The notes: generated by a model from the sequence alone, not told the origin. 64,000 nt of DNA from Octopus vulgaris (GCA_951406725.2 OX597814.1:47802001-47866000); one strand, 5' to 3'. Positions 48,602 through 62,939 are shown, counted from the first letter of the stretch. Numbers and translations are program-made.

Positions 48602-48992
48602 AATATTTACAGCGGCGAGCTGGCAGAATCGTTAGCACGCCGGACAAAATGCTTTGCGGCATTTCGTCCGTCTTAGTTCAAATTCTGCCAAGGTTGACTT
48701 TACCTTTCAACCTTTTGGGGTCGATAAAATAAGTACTAGTTGAACACTGGGGTCGATGTAGTCGACTTATTCCTTCCCCGAAATTACTAACCTTGTGCCA
48801 AAATTTGAAACTAATATTTACAGCGGCGGGCTGGCAGAATCATTAGCATACCGGATTAAATGCATAGCGGCACCTCGCACGCCTTTACGCTCTGATTTCA
48901 ATTCTGCGAAGTCGACTTTGCCGTTCATAGTTTCTGGGCCGATGAAATAAGTACCGAAATTGCTGGCTTTGTGTCAAAATTTGAAATCAATA
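48602..48992 (+). mobile_element. Head-to-tail pair of family-B SINEs with native tail
   Basis: Both units start AATATTTACAGCGGCG.GCTGGCAGAATC and end TTGTG.CAAAATTTGAAA. Confidence 0.88.
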
Positions 48993-49360
48993 TCTAAAGT
49001 CCCAGTTATGACATTAACAACATTAATTATTCCAAGTGTGATTCAGTAAGTAACAATTTAGTACTTGTCATTATAATATAATTTTCTGTATTCCTCGTCA
49101 ATCCCCGCCCCCGTCCCCACACAATCACGAGATGTATTGCAAATAAATTTAAAATCAATGTTTAAATCAGTAAAGTTCCACTGTTTTTTTCTGTATATAA
49201 AAGAAATTAGCATTGCTATCATGCTTCTACAAAATCTGTATGCATCAAAATAGTTTCTCATTGTAAATAAATTTCACATGCTTACATACATACATACATG
49301 TATACGTGCATATATATTTAAGTATGTATATATAGAGAGAGAGACATATATAATCGTAGT

Positions 49361-49734
49361 ACTCCGTCGGTTACGACGACGAGGGTTCCAGTTGGTCCGG
49401 TCAACGGAACAGCCTGCTCGGGAAATTAACGTGCAAATGGTTGAGCACTCCACAGACACGTATACCATTAACGTAGTTCTCATGAAGATTCAGCGTGACA
49501 CAGAGTGTAAAAAAGCTGGCCCCTTGAAATACAGGTACAGCAGAAACAGGAAGAAAGAGTGAGAGAAAGTTGTGATGAAAGAGTACAGCAGGGCTCGTCA
49601 CCCCCCTCCCCGCCGGAGCCTCGTAGAGCTTTGGGTTTTCCTCTCAATAAACACTCACAACGCTCGGTCTAGGAATCGAAACCGTGATCCTACAACCGCA
49701 AGCCCACTGCCCTAACAACTGGACCACTGCGCCT
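49361..49734 (-). mobile_element. Family-A SINE
   Basis: Reverse complement aligns over the full length with 7253-7637. Confidence 0.92.
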
Positions 49735-49769
49735 AAATATGTATATATACTCTCTTCTTTCAGGGGAAC

Positions 49770-49870
49770 CGCTCACAGCATCTAACAATATCAAAGACCT
49801 GGGTATAATTGTAGATAACAATCTCAGTTGGAGTGCCCACATCAACAATAAGGTCGATATAGCTCGTTGC
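49770..49870 (+). mobile_element. CR1/L2-group RT fragment
   Basis: LTASNNIKDLGIIVDNNLSWSAHINNKVDIAR fits the KDLG..D..L.W..HI motif. Confidence 0.75.
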
Positions 49871-49879
49871 TTGTGTCCA

Positions 49880-50386
49880 TGAGTTGAGCGGTGACGAGCA
49901 AGCAAACCAGAGGCTCGTTGATTTTTGTTGTTGTCACTTAAATGCTCCATACTTCTGAACTTTACCCATCGAGTGAACATGCTTCTCTAAGGAAGTGTGG
50001 GAGCATTCCATTTTATCTGCCAGTTCCCTTGTCATTTGACGAGAATTTTCGTGCAAAAGTTGGTTTAATCGCTCTTCATCGAACTCAACTGGACGGCCAG
50101 AACGAGATGCGTCTTTGAGGTCAAAATATCCATTTTTGAACTTAGCATACCAATCACGAGCTGTTCTTTCAGCTATGGCACCCTCTCCATACACAGCACA
50201 AATGTCGTGAGCAGCTTTTGCGGCCTTAGAACCTTGATTAAAAGTAAAAAGAAGAAGGTGTCGAAAATGCTCGTTTTCCTTAACGTGACATTCCATTTTA
50301 ATGATCTGAATATAAACAAAAATTAACTAGAAAAAAAAAAAATTCCAAAATTTAAAAAAACCGCGGGAACTTAGTTGCCAACCCAA
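49880..50386 (-). mobile_element. Mariner 5' fragment (TIR plus HTH DNA-binding domain)
   Basis: TIR TTGGGTTGGCAACTAAGTT next to TA; ORF 49934-50296 MECHVKENEHFRHLLLF...ICAVYGEGAIAERTARDWYAKFK...SRSGRP. Confidence 0.92.
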
Positions 50387-50408
50387 TATATACATATATA
50401 TATAAATA

Positions 50409-50444
<36 letters not shown>

Positions 50445-50699
50445 TGTATGTATGTATGTATGTATGTATGTATGTATGTATGTATATATATATACACATA
50501 TATGTGTATATACATATATATATATATATGGTTATCAGTAATAATAAAAGGGTGAAATTAATTACTATATATATATATATATATATACATAGACACACAT
50601 ATATATACATATATATAAATTCATATCTATATGTATATATATATATACATATATATTTGTATATATATATATGTATATATACATATATATGTATATACG

Positions 50700-50732
<33 letters not shown>

Positions 50733-50845
50733 ATATATATATATATATGTGTATATGTATGTATGTATATATATATATATGTGTGTGTGTATATATATGT
50801 GTATATATATGTTTGTGTGTATATGTATGTATGTATATATCTATA

Positions 50846-50882
<37 letters not shown>

Positions 50883-50905
50883 ATATATATATATGTATGT
50901 ATATA

Positions 50906-50964
<59 letters not shown>
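50387..50964. repeat. Long degenerate (TA)n/(TATG)n microsatellite tract
   Basis: Directly visible; similar tracts at 51581-51730, 53270-53770 and 54104-54426. Confidence 0.97.
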
Positions 50965-50966
<2 letters not shown>

Positions 50967-52449
50967 TGTTTAAATTTATTAATTACTTCGACAGCGTAAA
51001 TTGTAGAACTTCTATCGTAATTTTCTAAATCAAAAAATTACTGATTTCTGGACGAAATAATCAGCTCACGAACAATAATACTTAACACAGAGAAGTAATT
51101 AACCAACATGTATTTAAAATGAAGCAACTTCATAAACTTTTATGTGTTATTATTTTAGCAAATCCTGTTACATTTTATTGATTTCTTGAACAATAAATTT
51201 TTGAAAACAGAATCAAAGTCATTTTACTAATTTTGGTTTGAGATCAATGATATTCTGTGAAATTGAGGAACATCAACAAAACTGCAAACAATTTTTACAT
51301 TTAATTTGTATCATTACACACCAATATTTGTATCAAGCATAGCCAATAAGGTTATTTGCAATCAAGTAAACAAAAAACTGTGCTGTGAATTCTAACATAA
51401 TGTTGGAAAATTTATGTGACGAGTGGGTATTTCATCCAGAATAACTGAACAAACAAGGCAGATTTTCTAATTAAGAGATGATGATATGATTTCTCAGATC
51501 ACAAAGAGATAAAATTGTTGACCATGCTACTTAATTAAATTTCTTTACATATTGAAAATTGGAAAGCGTGCGCCTTTCAATACATACATACATACATACA
51601 TACATACATACATACATACATACATACATACATACATACATACATACATACATACATACATACATACATACATACATACATACATACATACATACATACA
51701 TACATACATACATACATACATACATGCATGCATACATATGTACGTACGTGTGTGTATGTGTGCGCTGAAGGCTAATTCAGGATGGGTCTCCGTCGGTTTC
51801 GACGATAAGTATTCTATTCTTCGATTAAATGAATTACCTGCTTACCGAATTTGCAGCTTGCCACAGACATGTGTATCCTTGAGGTAGTTCTCGGTGGAAT
51901 TAGCGTGGTAGAATGTGTTACAATGGTATAACTATCAATGACAAGGTGAGTCCATCTGACATGCTACGCAGTGAAACCATGTGTGCGAGTGTGTTTGTGC
52001 GTGTATTTGAATTTACAACAAGAAAATAATCGAGAGAGATCTAGAGTGTCTATGTTTATTGTAATGCTGAGAAGAATTTCTGTTGCTAGTCAAAATTTTG
52101 CACGTATCACTGATCAGGTAACTAATTTCTGAAATGAAAAATTATATTTATGTATTTATAATAAGGATAGAATGTATGAGCTACCATTGAAATGGAAAAA
52201 TGATAACGAAAGAATTGTGTATGTGTGTGTGTGTATTTAGTTTATGCGTATGCGCGTACATTTATATATATATTTATAAACATATGTGTGTGCGTGTGTA
52301 TTTATAAACATATGTGTGTGTGTGTTCTTTGTGAGTCAAGCCCGTTCTAGTTCAGGCTTCTACCGCTGGTAGCCATTTGATGCGACTTTGGATGATGTAC
52401 AGTCACGTGGTGTGTCTTTATTTTGCTTCTCCCCTGTTCGTCGATTATT

Positions 52450-52980
52450 GCGAAACGAAGAAACAGCGGGCCTCTGTGAAATTCTGTTTTCTGCTAGGGA
52501 AAACGACGGCTGAAGCAGTTCTCATGCTTCAAACAGCTTACAAGGGCGCTGCCATGAGCAAAGCACAAGTTTAAGAGTGGTTTTCCTACTCTAAGAATGG
52601 AGACTTCTTGCTTGAAGACCAATCTCGTTCAGGGCGACCGTTGATATCTCGAGCGATTAGAAACATCATGAAAACTCATGAACTGATCTTGGAGGGCCGC
52701 TCCGAATGATTGACGAACTTGTTGATATGACTGGTGTGTTCTGGAGCTCCTGCCAATGAATTTTGAGCGAAGAATTGCAAATAAAAAGAGCTACAACAAA
52801 ATTTGTATCGCGTTTGCTCACGGAAGATCAAAAGCAGTTACGACTGAGTGTGCGTCTTGAACTGAAAGAACAGTTCAAAGTTGATCCGAACCTTTCTTCG
52901 AAGATCATCACTGTTGACGAAAGCTGGTGCTACGGCTACAACCCGAAAACAAAGCAGCAATCAAGTCAATGGAAGCATTC
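52450..52980 (+). mobile_element. Mariner transposase remnant (N-terminal half)
   Basis: QRASVKFCFLLGKT...TAYKGAAMSKAQV*EWF...RSGRP...KIITVDESWCYGYNPKTKQQSSQWKH. Confidence 0.9.
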
Positions 52981-52987
52981 AGGTGAC

Positions 52988-53250
52988 CAGGGCCCGAAAT
53001 TGTTCAACATCCTTCCAGGCAACCTTAGAGATCTACATGGTGTTATTGTGGAAGTTTTCAAGGAACGTCTGGATAGGTTTCTATCTGAGATACCAGATGA
53101 ACCCACTTCGCGGGTGGAGACGCAAAGAAGAGCAGCTCCATCCAACTCGCTACTTCACCAAAAACAATATCGGAAACAACACCGAGTAACTACAGGTGGG
53201 GCACCAGCATGACCTCAGCCCTGAGCTGAAACCAGTAAAAGATAAAAGAT
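52988..53250 (+). mobile_element. CR1-clade LINE 3' end with intact tail
   Basis: QGPKLFNILPGNLRDL...FKERLDRFLSEIPDEP...NSL...GGAPA*, then the hairpin TCAGC-CCTGA-GCTGA and (TAAAAGA)n. Confidence 0.88.
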
Positions 53251-53285
53251 AACAGATACATATTTGTGTACACACACACTCACTC

Positions 53286-53329
<44 letters not shown>

Positions 53330-53651
53330 ACACACACACACACACATACACGTATGTATGTATGTATGTATGTATGTATGTATGTATGTATGTATGTATG
53401 TATGTATGTATGTATGTATGTATGTATGTATGTATGTATGGATGGATGGATGGATGGATGGATAGAATGTATGTATGTATGGATGGATGGATGGATGGAT
53501 GGATCAGTCAATCTATCCACACACACACACCAGTTTTTCCATTTCGGTGAACTTCCTAAAGATGTGTTAAAAATACTGTTTCTTCTCCAGCGATACATGT
53601 CAAACACGTTGTAATTTCAGCGGTGTAATATATATATATATACATACATAC

Positions 53652-53714
<63 letters not shown>

Positions 53715-53783
53715 CATACATACATACATACATACATACATACATACATACATACATACATACATACATACGTGTTTGTATAA

Positions 53784-54096
53784 GTGGCTTAGTAGTTAGG
53801 GCATTCGGTTCGGGATCATGAAGTAGTGAGTTAGATTCCTGTCGGTGCGTTCTGTCCTTGAGCAAGACACTTTATTTCACGTTGCTCTAGTTCAGTCAGC
53901 TGGTAAAAATGAGTAGGACGTGTAATTCAAAAGGTCCAGCCTTGTCACATTCTGTGTCGCACTGAATCTCCCTCAGAACTACGTTAAGGGTATGCGAGTC
54001 TGTGGAGTACTCAGCCACTTACACGTTAATTTCGCGAGCAGGATGTTCCGTTGATCGGATCAACTAGAACACTCTTCGTCGTAGCCGACGGAGTCT
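53784..54096 (+). mobile_element. Family-A-related SINE
   Basis: TGGCTTAGTAGTTAGGGCA head; 3' half AGAACTACGTTAAGGGTA...GTTGATCGGATCAAC matches 7500-7625. Confidence 0.85.
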
Positions 54097-54103
54097 CTAC
54101 GGT

Positions 54104-54228
<125 letters not shown>

Positions 54229-54309
54229 CATATATATATATACATATATATATATACATATATATATATACATATATATATATATACATATATATACATA
54301 TATATATAT

Positions 54310-54342
<33 letters not shown>

Positions 54343-55161
54343 CATACATATACATATACATACATACATACATACATACATACATACATACATACATACA
54401 TACATACATACATACATACATACATACGTAGATGAACTTGAACGCTACGGTTATCTGTTCACCCACTCATATATATATGAGTGAACACATAAACGTAGCA
54501 GTCAAGTCCAACTACGTACGTATTCAGAGTTCTTTTTTTTCCTTAGGAAAAACAAATATAATTGAAATAAAATGTTGACTTGATGTTGTCATGCGTTAGT
54601 AAGCCGAGTGTGATGACGTGCCTATCAAAGGGTAATTTACTGAATTTCAGTGCAAAATAAATGAAGTGTCAATTAGAGATAAAAAAATCTTTAAAAAAAG
54701 ACAGCTTATTAAACTTACTTCAAGCATACTAATAAGGATTTCTAGTATAAGTACAAAAAGCCACACATTTGGAGGTGTATGGTCGATTTAATCGACTTCA
54801 GTACTTGAGTGGTACTTAATGTACCGGCGGGATATGAATTGAGAATGTAAAGGGATGTAACTATCTGCAACAGAATTTAGTTCTAACGATATTGCCACCG
54901 TGTCGCCGTAATAGCAGTAGCATCAGCAGCAGTAGTAGCAGTAAAACCAGCAGCAGCAGCAGCAGCAGGCGTTCAAGAATTTGAACCTGGAGATCTCCAT
55001 TTCCAGCGACTTCGAGGGCCGCCTCCCAGTAGTGTCGGGCGTCAATGAAGAGCCCTCGACTACAACAAGACGACCAAAGTTTTTTTTTTTTCCCAAGGTC
55101 TGGGGTCTCCCGCCCCTAAGCCCTAGACCATCCCCTAATCACCCTTACCCGTCTTGTTGCT

Positions 55162-55210
55162 TAACAACAACAACAACAACAACGACAGCAGCAGCAGCAG
55201 CAGCGGTAGC

Positions 55211-55270
<60 letters not shown>

Positions 55271-55283
55271 TGTTGTTGTTGTA
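55162..55283. repeat. Compound trinucleotide repeat (AAC)n(GCA)n(GTA)n(GTT)n
   Basis: Directly visible. Confidence 0.97.
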
Positions 55284-55639
55284 ATATGAACAAACGCCAG
55301 CACAGTCAAAATAATATTCAGTAACCATTAGTGAAAGTCAGGTATGAATTATAGGAGTACATTCATTCAAGACAGTGTTGGATATTTGAGGTCCGTGTTT
55401 GACAGGAGGTTTCTTTTGCATGGTTCTGAAAAATTCCCAGCAGCGAACATTCTTTCGCTGTCTTGTAGAGTCCTTATTTCGGTCAGTATCTGCCAGCTGG
55501 TTAACATCACTAGAAACCAAATTTTCTTCAGACTTATTGGAGTTACCTTTTGTATCAATATTGTCCTTTGAATCAGATGCTGTTGCGGGAATATTGTCTG
55601 GTGCTTCTCTCAACAATAACTGTCCAGTTTTTCAGTATT

Positions 55640-56220
55640 TTCAGTCACGTCCAAAACACAACCTCTTTTGCAACAGCCACCGGCCGAGAGGAGGCAACAG
55701 AGCAACTTTCACAATGGAGTCGGCCGATAACTGGGTCCGTTCCACATGCGATAGCAGCTGTTCAACATAAGTCTGCAAGTCAGCAATTCTACCTATATTC
55801 CCGCAACTGCTTTTGGCTTTTCACAAAATTCCACCTCTTTCGAGAGTCGCAATGGGCCGTTGAGGTAGGTGTTGAAATCCATTCTGCGTTCCGGCCCCCA
55901 ACTCATCGCGAACACTGAAGCAAAGTGCTGTTCAAAGGCCGCACAGATCTGTTTGGTGTCGAGTAACATGCGCCCGTTTTGGTCTACCAAAGACCTAATT
56001 ACGGCTTTGTTACCACGTTGCACCTCTGCCATTTGGTCCCATTGAACAGCTTTCGTCCCTTAAAAGCACGCGTCTAAGCTCTGACAGCATAATCTTCATG
56101 CTTCCCATTGAAGAACTGGTTGCATGCCAAACACCCTGTGAGCTCCTCAGGTGTGATGCCTTTCTTAAGCACCTTTTCTAAGTTTTTAAGTAAAGCCTCT
56201 CTCTATTCGAGTTTTCTCTA
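55640..56220 (-). mobile_element. Internally deleted, more distant Tx1-type ORF2 remnant
   Basis: AEVQRGNKAVIRSLVDQNG...ICAAFEQHFA...YLNGPLRLS..EFCEKP (APE-RT linker) joins directly to YVEQLLSHVERTQLSADSIVK and VAVAKEVVFWT (ORF2 C-terminus); both are homologous to 10309-14056. Confidence 0.8.
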
Positions 56221-56530
56221 TCGCTATAACCTTACTGAACCTTAATATTTGTGAAAATGGGTTTGAAAGCAAAAATTACTAATGAATAATTAAAGTTTGG
56301 TATAGTTAACTGTGGCCCTACTTCATAGCCTAAAAAGAGATAAAATGTTAATTTTTTTCATATCATTTTGCCAACATCTGGTGTCATGTTAGCGTCATTA
56401 TTGTTATTTTATGCTTATATCTAACATTTATATTTAATGGCATTATTGAGGTTTTGTGCATTCAAATACTTAAACCTACTAGAATTATACTCGCGAAAAT
56501 TTTGCATTTGATTAATCTCTTATTCCTGCC

Positions 56531-56644
56531 AAAATAGGCCGGGGACCGCGAGGCCTCCAAAAAATGGCCAGGGGACCGCGAGGCCTCCAAAAAATGGCCA
56601 GGGGACCGCGAAGCAAAACTTTCGAAAAAGGTTGAGAGCCACTG
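56531..56644. mobile_element. hAT/Charlie-like terminus with 30-bp subterminal tandem repeats
   Basis: GGGGACCGCGAGGCCTCCAAAAAATGGCCA x2.3 (56541-56610), then AAAAAGGTTGAGAGCCACTG (reverse complement CAGTGGCTCTCAACC). Other end not found. Confidence 0.65.
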
Positions 56645-58203
56645 GTCTAGATAACATCTTGATGGCCCAATGCAGATTATCCATGTTCACAATATGTGGG
56701 AGACCATCGTAAATATATAGCTTTGAATTACAGATACCATCCATCGAAAAAGAGATAAGCTACCCTTATAGTGGACTAGTTCTTTATTGAAGCACCAATA
56801 GAATGAAATATAAGGTGACATCAGTATAGTTTGAACTCGAAACGTCAAGAGCCGTGACGAATAATACGAAGTTATCTATCCGACGCCTTAACGATTCTAC
56901 CAATTCACCATCTGACAATTATGGGTATCTTCAATAATAGAAATCGTTTATTATTTCAGTTTCAAAATTCATGGAATGTTGGAAAGGACGTGACTATTCG
57001 ACTGCCAACATTACCAAAGCAACATTTCTCTGGACATCAATTTGTACCGAAATACTGAATACATTAGTATTTATGAAAGTGCACGAAGTATAATATAATT
57101 GCACGATCTTAACGGATCTGAATGATATGTGGTCTGTAACAGATCGCCAGCTGTAAAACTCTAGCTTCCTCTTTCCTTTCTATATAAACATGATAATTAC
57201 GTACGTGCACGATCTCGCTTACAGGGAGACACGAAAACACACATACTTAACATACTAAAACACACGTATACATATGCTACATAATACACACACGCCCACA
57301 CGCACTCACACATGTGCGCACGGCTGTTTTTATACATAACTATGCGCAAAAATAAACATGAATATATTATGTATAAGAATGTATATGTATATAATCATAC
57401 ATAAAAAACAAGCACACACCAAACATACACACACACATACACACACATACACACACACACACACATACACTCAAACACACACATGAATATATATAAATTT
57501 ATGAGCATGTGCGTGCGCTCACGTATGTGTCGCATGCCGGAGTGTGTAGTGCGGTGATCAGCTAAACAGAGAGAAGTTATAGCTGGAAGGTAGGGTATCT
57601 GTGGGTCAGGCTTCGTCATTCGATCAGCTATCTACTTGCTATAGAACTACTCGATCAGGGTTGACCCTGGGCTGCACAATAACTACATCAACAAGTGCCT
57701 CATGACATCATGCACTGTAATGATTGCCATATGATATCAGATGCTTTTCTAAGCTTTCAGTCGTTATCTATTATTCCTTTCAACCCACTGATGAATAGGT
57801 AGGCTGCACGAAACATTTAAGCATGGGTTTGTAATCTTGGTTACCGCATATACATATATCCATAAATAGATGCAAACATACGCACAGTCATACATTCATC
57901 CACGCAGAAATACATATAAACACACACACATACAAGTACTCATAAAAAACATACAATCATACATACACACATGATTTTTTTTTTTTTTCTTTCGATCTGC
58001 TTCTTTCGATATCTGCTCGATACAGATCATAATAAAGTTCACAAAAGAGAATTTGAGTGCTATGAGATGAGAATCCATATGTTTTTGGAGAGGGCGTTTC
58101 GTCAACGATAATTTGATTAGACATTATTATTTTCAATAATAGTTTGAACCGAAGTCTCAGTCATCTAATACATTGAAATGGTCTGCATAAATACTAAGGG
58201 GTG

Positions 58204-58207
<4 letters not shown>

Positions 58208-58277
<70 letters not shown>
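58208..58277. repeat. (TC)n microsatellite
   Basis: Directly visible. Confidence 0.98.
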
Positions 58278-58280
<3 letters not shown>

Positions 58281-58514
58281 GATATTACGATAACTTTTCT
58301 CCAATATTTTACTAATATTAATCACATCAAAACTAAACATAAAAATCCACCTTTTCCTCGTACTTATCTCCATCAAAACCGGTGAAGTGAGATATTTATA
58401 ACCCATACTTTATGCTGTATATCGACCTTTAATTTCCGTTTTGTTTATTTCCATCCTTTAAAATATTCAGCGACAGAACTCGTTTCTTTTCATATCTTCG
58501 GTGAATTAAGAACA

Positions 58515-58641
58515 GAAGAACAGGCAGAAGAAGAAGAAGAAGCAGAAGGGGAAGAAGCAGAAGCAGAAGAAGAAGAAGAAGAAGAAGAAGAAGAAGAAGA
58601 AGAAGAAGAAGAAGAAGAAGAAGAAGAAGAAGAAGAAGAAG

Positions 58642-58671
<30 letters not shown>
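58515..58671. repeat. (GAA)n microsatellite
   Basis: Directly visible. Confidence 0.98.
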
Positions 58672-58672
<1 letters not shown>

Positions 58673-61600
58673 TAAATGGAACTTCACTTTTACCTGTGCA
58701 TTCAACTGGCAAAAATCGTCCTAGGAAAACATCAGCGAATATTATCTTTACGAAAATGTCCATTAGTAAATAATTGTGCTTCTATTTAAACCAGTACAAT
58801 AAGCTTACTCAGACATTTATTCGGGGAAGTTTGGGATGGATGATAAAAATCCTATAGAATAATGGTGTTTTTTTTTTCTTTACAAGACAGTAGATGGAAT
58901 AGTTTGGAATGAACCACTAAAGCAGAACTCGGGTGAATTCTGGAATTCTTAGGATCTATATATAAAAAAAACACATAAAGGAAGTAAGGGTGGGGTCAGA
59001 ACTGGGATTTAAATGTATCAGTGTATATAATTCTAAAAAAGAATTTGAACGTAAATATAAAAGAGACGGGGAAGAGAAGGAGAAGGAGAGAGAATGATTT
59101 CGTGAATTATTTTAAATTAGAGGTTATCACTAATGCACGACAGAACTTGGCAATGAGATGGATTCTTATATACAGCGATTATTAAGTAATTATTTTAAAA
59201 TGGAAGTGTGGAGGTAAATGGTGAAACACATTAAGCCGAAGATATCATTCATAGAGGAAGTGCTGAAAATCACTAGCATGGCGGTTTTTATCGTTGGATT
59301 CAAGGATCTATAGTCGTTGTTTAGTCAGATGAACTCTGATCAGACCTTTAATATATGTTGACCAAGAGATTTTCACTCAGACAAAAAACACAGTATCATA
59401 CTTTTCAATTGTGCATATACATGTACCATGATATACAGATGGCGATATTAACTTAATGCTGTTTTAATTGCGTTCATTTAGTTTTTTGCAGCCAAGTAAG
59501 CTTTCAGAAATACTAGTGAATATATTATTCTCTGCTTCTTATATATCGAAACACGAAATTCGTCTAAGCAAGTAACAAATAGGTTGCACGGCTTTGAGAA
59601 AACCCCCAGATGGGAGAAACGTGTCTGTCGTTCACGTGAGTCACTGCTGCGATGATGTTCACCTCGCTCTGATATATATCAATCTGTGTTTTTAAACTTC
59701 TGTGAAGAGATTTCCTCTCAGACAAAAACTACAGCATTATACCTTTAAACAGTAGATATACGTTTAGTATGATACCCAAATGGATATATATATATATATA
59801 TGCGTATATATATATATGTATATATATTTATATATATATAGAGAGAGAGAGATGAGCATATATGGGCATGTGTACATATGTGTGTGTTTGTGAGTGTGTG
59901 CATGCGTGTGTGTGTGTAAAGAAGATGCTTCCCCTTCATTTACCTTTAGTGAATGTAACATTGACCAGAAAAAATTGTCTTCTTCAGACGGTGTCCAATA
60001 ATTGTTGATTGTTTCAAGCCTGCCGCACGTGACCCCCGACCCCCGTTGATGGATCGGCAGTGGTGATCAAAACACTTCTCGTCTTCTACTTTCCAGTTTA
60101 ATTCATTCCTCTTACTCTGTATCCATAATTTTTTGGATACACTGTCTCCATTATTTTTTTCGCTGTCAAGTGTATTTCTGAAGATAGAGATAATCTTGTT
60201 CAATGAATTTGTATTATGAATACAGATACCTGATGTCCATTATTCAGGAATAATGTTAAAATTTCTACATTAATATATTCCTCCATGAATGCACTTCATT
60301 TCTATGAATATTCTTCCGCATTATGAACATAAGTTTGTTTGCAGCCCCTCTTTCTATTCACTCTGCCATTTCTACATCATTTCTCTTTGCTTTCTTTTGC
60401 AACGTCTTAAGAGCATTTTTCTCGATCGTTTTCTCTATTTTACAATTAGTTGTTGCTAATAGCAAAAATTATCCATTGGATTAATTTTTACTTGGGAATT
60501 GAATATTCTTTTCCCTCATACTGCCACTTCGGAACAGTATTAAATAACGGAAGGAAAATTGGAAGTTCAGATTTAATAATCGTAAAAGATTTCTTTCTCT
60601 AGCGCTGAGTATCAGTAACTCTGAATTTTTCAAATTACTGAAATAACTTTTCCTTTTTCTGCACTTTTATTAAATGAATTTCTTTTTCTTTCTTTCATTA
60701 AATGATGGACGTCGTCTCGATAAATAGCATTTTGGGCAAAGCAATTAAATTAAGAAAGTAAAATTCTTTTTTTTTTTTTTATCGTATTAATCAAGTTCTG
60801 TGTATTGCTCACTGGGTGGGAAATTATAAAATCTTTACAATACTTTTGTGTAGGCTATTCGATGACAACTTTCGATAATACGTGCATTGTCATCGTAATC
60901 GCTGCTATAAATTTGCTATAGCAATTGTAGTTGTTGCAACTGTTGTTGCTGCTGTTGTTATTGTCGTTATAGAGATGATATTGGTAGTCTTGTCGTATTT
61001 TTTCCAATGTGGACACTTTTTTTTTTCATATTTATTCCTTTATCTTCTTTTTTTCCCCTATAGAAATCGCTATGTCCAACAAATTACATTAAGAAAGACA
61101 GCGTATATAGGGAAAATAATGAAGAACGAAATAAAAAGGATCTGTTGCCGGAGAAAAAAATGTGGTAAAAAATACACACACAAACAAAAACAAAAATCCT
61201 TACCCCATTCGATTTATATTCGTCATCAATACAGCATAATTATCATCATTTTTATTTATTTATTTAATTTTATTTATAATTTTTTTTAGTAGAATTCTTC
61301 CTTTTCACTAGATTTCAATATTAATCGGAAACTTATCTTCTAGCTACAAAACAAAATTCTAGATTTATGAAAATTTCATGGTTGAATTCCAATATTACTA
61401 TAAATATCGACATAATATAAGCACGTGAGCAATACATTCAAATGATTGTTCGTTTGTATTTGTGCCCCTTTGTGTGGGATGACGGTAGGCGTTGTGTGCG
61501 TATTTGTTTGTATATTATGTATAAATGTAGTGTGCGTACCTATGTGTGAGGCATGTACGGTGTGCATACCTATGTGTGAGGCATTCGTTCAATTCATACA

Positions 61601-62534
61601 GTATTCATTGCGTGTTCCGTGTCGATTAATTGAAATCAGTCTGCAGCAGTGGAAAATAGGTTCTTTCCCAATGGTATAAGAAATGTACCGAAGTGCTTCT
61701 ATAAGTTGGATAAATTACCAGAAATGCGACGATTGGTAATCTGATTGCAATCATCCAATACGAAAGTCGATACTGATTGACTTCAGATCTTTTAAACTTT
61801 TATTGTATGGGTATTTTAAGTGCAGTAAGTGAATTTAGAGTTAACATTCATTCTTATACAGACATAAAATCTCAATTTTCAAAGAATTTATTGAAGGAAA
61901 GAGGGGAAAAATGGAGAAATTAAAATGAGAAACCATATTGTTGGCGTCGTGGTGTCGGTGATAATGCGGATGATGATGACGATGATGAGAAGGAGGAGGA
62001 AGAAGAGGAGGTGTAGGAGGCGTAGGAGGAGGACATCAAGGACGATGACGACGGACGACGGCTACGACGATGGTGATGAAGACAACGACGATGGTGGTGC
62101 AATAATAACAATATAAGAGAAATATTTTTGCAACACAACCACAATATAACTCTAGGCTCCTTCAAATGGCGCCAGTGAGATTTATATTGTTACTTAATTT
62201 ATTTAAAAATTACTAAACCGAAAATTATACAATTATAACTTTCAATATCACGAAAGAACATTTAAACATGCTGTGGTCAGAGGAACAGTTTGCAAATACT
62301 TGCAAATATTTAAGAATGATAATCAGATAAGAGTTAAATCTCATTCGGGCTAAGACACAAGTCTACCGCATTTAATATTCCCAGAAGATTAGATAGTTTG
62401 GTTATTAAAGTGTACTGAATCAAGTGTTTTGCTCGGGAATAAAAAATATGCCTGTATTAGTTTTTGGTTGAAGCTCATTGAAATGTTAATCCAACATTTT
62501 ATCAGTCATTACAAAATCACAGCAGCCAGTCTCC

Positions 62535-62939
62535 CTTTACTCTCTTTTTACTCTTTTACTTGTTTCAGTCATTTGACTGTGGCCATGCTGGAGCACCGCC
62601 TTTTAGTCGAGCAAATCGACCCCAGGACTTATTCTTTGTAAGCCTAGTACTTATTCTATCGGTCTCTTTTGCCGAACCGCTAAGTTACGGGGGCGTAAAC
62701 ACACCAGCATCGGTTGTCAAGCAATGTTGGGGGGTACAAACGCAGACACACAAACACACACACACACATATATATACATATATACGACGGGCTTCTTTCA
62801 GTTTCTGTCTACCAAATCCACTCACAAGAGTTTGGTCGGCCCGAGGTTATAGTAGAAGACACTTGCCCAAGGTGCCACGCAGTGGGACTGAGCCCGAAAC
62901 CATGTGGTTCGTAAGCAAGCTACTTACCACACAGTCACT
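62535..62939 (-). mobile_element. Near full-length family-C SINE
   Basis: Reverse complement aligns with 28648-29163. Confidence 0.92.

Noticed and set aside
55338-55616. 92-aa ORF next to the Tx1 remnant
   Set aside because: No domain recognised; begins at a LINE deletion junction; no evidence for a host exon.
57785-57826. CTGATGA...GAAA spacing
   Set aside because: No convincing stem I, II or III.
59946-60203. Possible Penelope ORF remnant (HNTN...IQSKRN)
   Set aside because: Similarity rests on a few residues and is too weak without a profile search.
61960-62100. Acidic D/E-rich coding-like stretch
   Set aside because: Degenerate (GAT)/(GAG)/(GAC) trinucleotide repeat with in-frame TAG stops and no flanking exon signal.
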